Below, one piece after another: positions 61,201 to 64,000 of a stretch of 64,000 bases of DNA. The notes beneath the pieces were generated by a model, which was not told where the DNA came from, did not search any database, and saw nothing but the letters and a program-made list of their open reading frames with translations. Every line of letters begins with the position of its first letter. Position 1 is the stretch's first letter. The translations under genes were made by a program, and so were the position numbers. Source of the DNA: an uncultured candidate division Zixibacteria bacterium (GTDB taxonomy: Bacteria > Zixibacteria > MSB-5A5 > UBA10806 > 4484-95); contig CAXXKA010000006.1 in assembly GCA_963668625.2 (NCBI GenBank), positions 1-64,000 on the forward strand, written 5' to 3'.

Positions 61201-62290
61201 CGGATATAGCCCTGGTACAATTTATCATGATGATATTCTCGATAGTCAGGAAACCAACGGAGTAATTATGATAATTGAGATTTATACCGTTGTAAGCGCC
61301 AGTTCCATCGATTATCGTACTATCCGTATCGAACGTACCTATTATAGTCAGGCCTTTACCGAACGTGGCGATATCACGGTTGCCCTCTCCGGTATATAGC
61401 CCGGTCGCGATCATTATCGAATCATAATCAACCGCCAGATCGATGCCTTTTTGGATAGTTGCCAGCGGATTAAGCTCCGAACCATCACCCGTCTGATCAT
61501 TACCTGTTGTCGATATATACCATCTCTGCGCCTTAACGGGAGCGGCCGAGCTTGTCCAGCCCGGATCGGCAATGTCGGGACCGACTATGGAACCGAGGTT
61601 TGCCATATGCCCATAAGGTGAAAGATCGTATGCAGTGTCGCCCGTGCCCTCATCCAAACGCCAGTAACCTATAAGTCCGGTTTCGTTACCGCTTAACTTA
61701 TAGTTCATTGACTGCTCTATATCATCATTCGATCTGGATGTTTCCCACAGTCTGATCTCATCGATTCGGTTATTCCAGATATGATCCTGAACCGTATCCT
61801 CGTCATCATCATCCGCCCCGATATACAGATTTCCACCCGAGAAATACTCTATTTCGCCTGAAACCGGCAGCGAATCGACCAGAACTCCGTTAACATATAA
61901 TTTCATATTTTCGTCATCGTAAGTTCCGGCTATATGATTCCATTGGTCGAGGTAGGGGGTGATATCAACGCTCAAATCGTATCTCGTGTGAATCGAGTCA
62001 CCGGATATTGAGATTGAGAAAACTATGGCGTTTTGGGTCGAACTGGCATAAAGGCTATAGGGATTATCGGTATTACCGAGTTTGCTGATTACCGAATGCT
62101 CGGCGTATAAGGTATCGAGAAAAACCCAGGCCTCGAGCGTGAGGGCGTCGATTGGCTCGTAAATCGAATCCGAGTCGCAATCCAGAAAATCATCAAGGCC
62201 GTCGAAATTGAGCGAGTAGTTAATATCAGCGATGCATACGAGCGGCAGCCATAAAATGATTATCGAAATTATTACGATTAAGTTTCTCAT
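58235..62290 (-). CDS. Large secreted protein: LamG, two beta-helix modules, dockerin-like C-terminus
   Basis: WNHIAGTYD LamG; two TGDGS..P.ATI.KGI module starts; GDANCDG...DVSYLVSY / GDSNGDC...DVTYLVQY duplicated repeat. Confidence 0.88.
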   Translation of the reverse strand: MRNLIVIISIIILWLPLVCIADINYSLNFDGLDDFLDCDSDSIYEPIDALTLEAWVFLDTLYAEHSVISKLGNTDNPYSLYASSTQNAIVFSISISGDSIHTRYDLSVDITPYLDQWNHIAGTYDDENMKLYVNGVLVDSLPVSGEIEYFSGGNLYIGADDDDEDTVQDHIWNNRIDEIRLWETSRSNDDIEQSMNYKLSGNETGLIGYWRLDEGTGDTAYDLSPYGHMANLGSIVGPDIADPGWTSSAAPVKAQRWYISTTGNDQTGDGSELNPLATIQKGIDLAVDYDSIMIATGLYTGEGNRDIATFGKGLTIIGTFDTDSTIIDGTGAYNGINLNYHNYSVGFLTIENIIMINCTRAISAIPYLAPYRTISCNNCRFSGNSTVFDWPKGSPILLVDSCMISGNGAMLNEYDSRLTDEDIRLDRDVSFSVSNSQILNNSLVYTDEGYFPHYERFFENCRIEGNYLVFDAGCMVDNCMLENNGTVFYLRSLDHVVISNSTIEGCTYQIGHVGGSSESEAMLNFENCLIFDNVGGIEGAGTEASIRLDSCLYARNTGSIYIEVAWGSFSINHSTLVENYTTPIVSGFAISPFIGNCIIANNAGAGYICLSDTTMINYTITCNDFYDNQAGNFIGIADQVGTNGNISIDPRFCFPDTGNYYLHDISPCSPSNNDCNKLIGRYGTDCIYENRIIYVSTTGNDITGDGSYDLPYATIRKGITRAVDSDTVMLMPGTYTGDGNRDIIVNDRNLVINSISGASGTIIDCEASEHTEEHFGFKFIGSENSSNSITGLSIVNSYNEIIGGNGGAIQTNSVDLSIDNCVFVNNNAFNDGGAVFCLNADVTIKHSFFLSNYSAAGGAIMSGLADITIEDCIFEKNAGVGGGLYASMSDVSIEKSMFYGNTTFGIGGSAICNDRSDINLNKCIIANNVGTTVLIYPQDTLSCYLFMNNSVLSDNDGECLTLNGDSSLFEYQIQYSNLSNNSGGNYVGIPDQTGINGNISTDPLFIGGEPYDYHFQLGSPCIDTGDPLSVLDADNSRADMGIYPFLHGTPLMTELVLPGSEEMIDSLGFLSWLKVPNPYQLDTVFYAIQIDDDSLFLSAEIDADSLASGLSDTVQVAINLIDTLGLLEDNTRYFWRVNALNRFGDQSGHTQSREFYYNPESNPPEPFALYNPENDINRVDYYTYFIWGQSYDIDPMSRFDYTLYLSPDSLFNDYVISYPELIDTSLVLTTDLLAIGGGVIYWRVEAIDDFSLVRQGGMPEPQVRKLTILPPGDANCDGLVVGADVSYLVSYFRGITPPSNPLLAGDSNGDCAVIGSDVTYLVQYFRGVGQPPFRGDCEGGMIIGKIGLEAK

Positions 62291-62539
62291 TCTAATTCCA
62301 CGCCTGTTGCTAATGACTTCATTTTATAAATAAAAAAAACGAAGCTTCGCTTCCGGGACATCCACCCATCCTAATGATACTTAGAATTATTAATTTGTCA
62401 AGAAAAATGTAGATACGGTACAACCTGTTTAAGGCCGGGTGTATGAAAACATCCCAATGCGTTTTTTATTGACGATTGCCGGTCTATGATGTTAATTATA
62501 TATAACAGCTTATCAAAATTCTATCAATGGGGGTGCTAT

Positions 62540-63238
62540 ATGAAAGCTATTGAATCGCTGGTCGATCAGCAGATCAAGCGTTGGGAATTGGAGCGCAGGC
62601 GAATACCGGCATCCGAAAAAAGGTCAACAGTTTCGGTCGAGCCAGGCCCGGTAATAACCATTTCCCGACAACGAGGCTCGGGCGGAAGCCTGGTAGCTTT
62701 ACGGATGGCGGAGTTAACGGGATTCGATCATTTCAACCGGGAGATAATCGATGATATCTCGCATGAGATAGGAATCCAGAAACGCCTGGTCGAGTCTTTG
62801 GATGAGTCGGTTCGTTCGGGATTTCAGTTATGGGTGGATGGTATAATACGAGGGCGAATCATCGATTCCTCGGATTATATGCAAAGCCTGGTAAAAATAA
62901 CCGGAGCTATCATGAAACATGGTAAGGCGATTATTGTCGGTCGTGGCGCGAATTTTATTGCCGAGCCGAAGCTGGCGTTTAATGTCAGAATAGTGGCCAA
63001 TCCTGATTTCAGGGTCGAATCGCTGGTTGCCCGGCGTAAAATGACCCATGAGGAGGCAAAGCAAGAAGTAAAAAGTAATGATGAACTGCGTCAGAAATTC
63101 ATCAAAAACAATTTTGGCAAGGATATAAATGATCCCCTGGTTTACGATATGCTGATAAACAGTACTTATTTTACCGTGGACCAGATAGCAGGTATCATAC
63201 TGGCGAATTACCCGGTGAAATTATCGAATATGAGGTAA
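62540..63238 (+). CDS. Cytidylate kinase-like family protein
   Basis: VITISRQRGSGG, IIVGRGANF, YDMLINS; likely start MKAIE. Confidence 0.88.
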   Translation: MKAIESLVDQQIKRWELERRRIPASEKRSTVSVEPGPVITISRQRGSGGSLVALRMAELTGFDHFNREIIDDISHEIGIQKRLVESLDESVRSGFQLWVDGIIRGRIIDSSDYMQSLVKITGAIMKHGKAIIVGRGANFIAEPKLAFNVRIVANPDFRVESLVARRKMTHEEAKQEVKSNDELRQKFIKNNFGKDINDPLVYDMLINSTYFTVDQIAGIILANYPVKLSNMR

Positions 63239-63240
63239 TA

Positions 63241-63270
63241 AAAAAAGGGTTTAGTAAATTACTAAACCCT
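63241..63270 (-). terminator. Intrinsic terminator (U-tract on minus strand)
   Basis: agggtttagtaa-a-ttactaaaccct inverted repeat preceded by an A run on +. Confidence 0.7.
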
Positions 63271-63322
63271 GATCGTGCTGCAGCTAAGAATCGCGCTGAA
63301 TTCAGCGATATATCGTTGATCC

Positions 63323-63433
63323 TTAACGAGCGACTTTTCTGGTGTAACCTTTCACTCTGATTCTCTTGCCATTGGGAAGAGTACGAGTGTAGCCTTTTAC
63401 ACGCTGTCTTTTGGCGGCTTTTCTGCGAGGCAT
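63323..63433 (-). CDS. 36-aa highly basic small protein (not in ORF track)
   Basis: AGGAGG RBS 5 nt before ATG; MPRRKAAKRQRVKGYTRTLPNGKRIRVKGYTRKVAR*; terminator downstream. Confidence 0.8.
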   Translation of the reverse strand: MPRRKAAKRQRVKGYTRTLPNGKRIRVKGYTRKVAR

Positions 63434-63640
63434 TTAGACCTCCTGATTTAGATTAAGTGTTAGGTTTAGTAATTCACATTAATCTTATCGGACGGATTAG
63501 TATCAATATTAGTTTACATTAGCAATTTATTTAATATTTGTTACGCCTGATATTTAGCGAAATCAGAAACGAAAACATGCTGAATTTAGTTTACTAGGGA
63601 AAGATATTTAACACCGGTATCAGTAATAGAGGAGAGAATA

Positions 63641-64000
63641 ATGAAAGTATCAGACCTGTTGAAAAAGAAAGGCTCCGGAGTTTATACGATCGAAAGCCAC
63701 AGCACCATGAATGAAACACTGAAATACATGCTCGATAATAAGGTCGGTTCACTGGTTGTCATAGATTCCGTCCACAGCCCGATTGGGATTATCACAGAAC
63801 GTGATATCCTGAGAATCGTGCAGACCCGGGCGGGAGAGGAGTGGCGTAAGATGGCTGTCAGTGAATTTATGACCAAAGATATCCTAATCGGCGTGCCCTC
63901 GGATGATATCGATTATATCATGGCTATGATGACAGAAAACCGATTCCGTCACGTACCGATAATGTCGGAGGCCAAGCTGGTCGGTTTAATCTCGATCGGT
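63641..64000 (+). CDS. CBS domain protein (runs off window end)
   Basis: GAGGAG RBS; MKVSDLLKKKG...VGSLVV...GIITERD...MTENRFRHVPI...LVGLISIG. Confidence 0.9.
   Translation, partial: MKVSDLLKKKGSGVYTIESHSTMNETLKYMLDNKVGSLVVIDSVHSPIGIITERDILRIVQTRAGEEWRKMAVSEFMTKDILIGVPSDDIDYIMAMMTENRFRHVPIMSEAKLVGLISIG

Noticed and set aside
62330-62375. Possible riboswitch upstream of the 1351-aa gene
   Set aside because: Only a short dyad and an A/T run; no recognisable aptamer consensus.

Overview
Bacterial genomic window. Secreted proteins with NYPNPFN-type C-terminal sorting domains and a dockerin-like repeat suggest a Zixibacteria/FCB-type host (inference). (1) Bases 1-18567 form a giant inverted repeat: arm 1..7572 mirrors arm 10988..18567 around a unique 3.4-kb spacer. 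Each arm carries tmRNA, a phage-type integrase, two tandem divergent OMP-decarboxylase-like genes, a second tyrosine recombinase and a frameshifted class-A beta-lactamase-like gene. The spacer holds an ATP-grasp (Ddl-like) gene and an 804-aa degenerate P-loop/TPR gene. The left arm has ten 1-nt indels in its outer 3.2 kb, so the duplication is probably an assembly or foldback product of an AT-rich tmRNA-integrated island; an invertible cassette is a testable alternative. (2) Bases 18.6-64 kb are backbone plus small accessory islets: a 3-gene peptidoglycan-binding operon, two channel-like genes, radical SAM-rsmB-PASTA-rpe, ggt, MoxR, GH57, tRNA-Lys, a TIGR04255-HEPN islet, nested MITE/REP-like repeats and large secreted proteins. 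The best-supported highlight is an IS110 element inserted exactly in a Shine-Dalgarno sequence (AGGAG). Its 5' non-coding region folds into a two-loop bridge RNA whose guides match the RBS target and the element's circle junction, and a junction promoter can be reconstructed. All calls were made by eye; no database searches were run.
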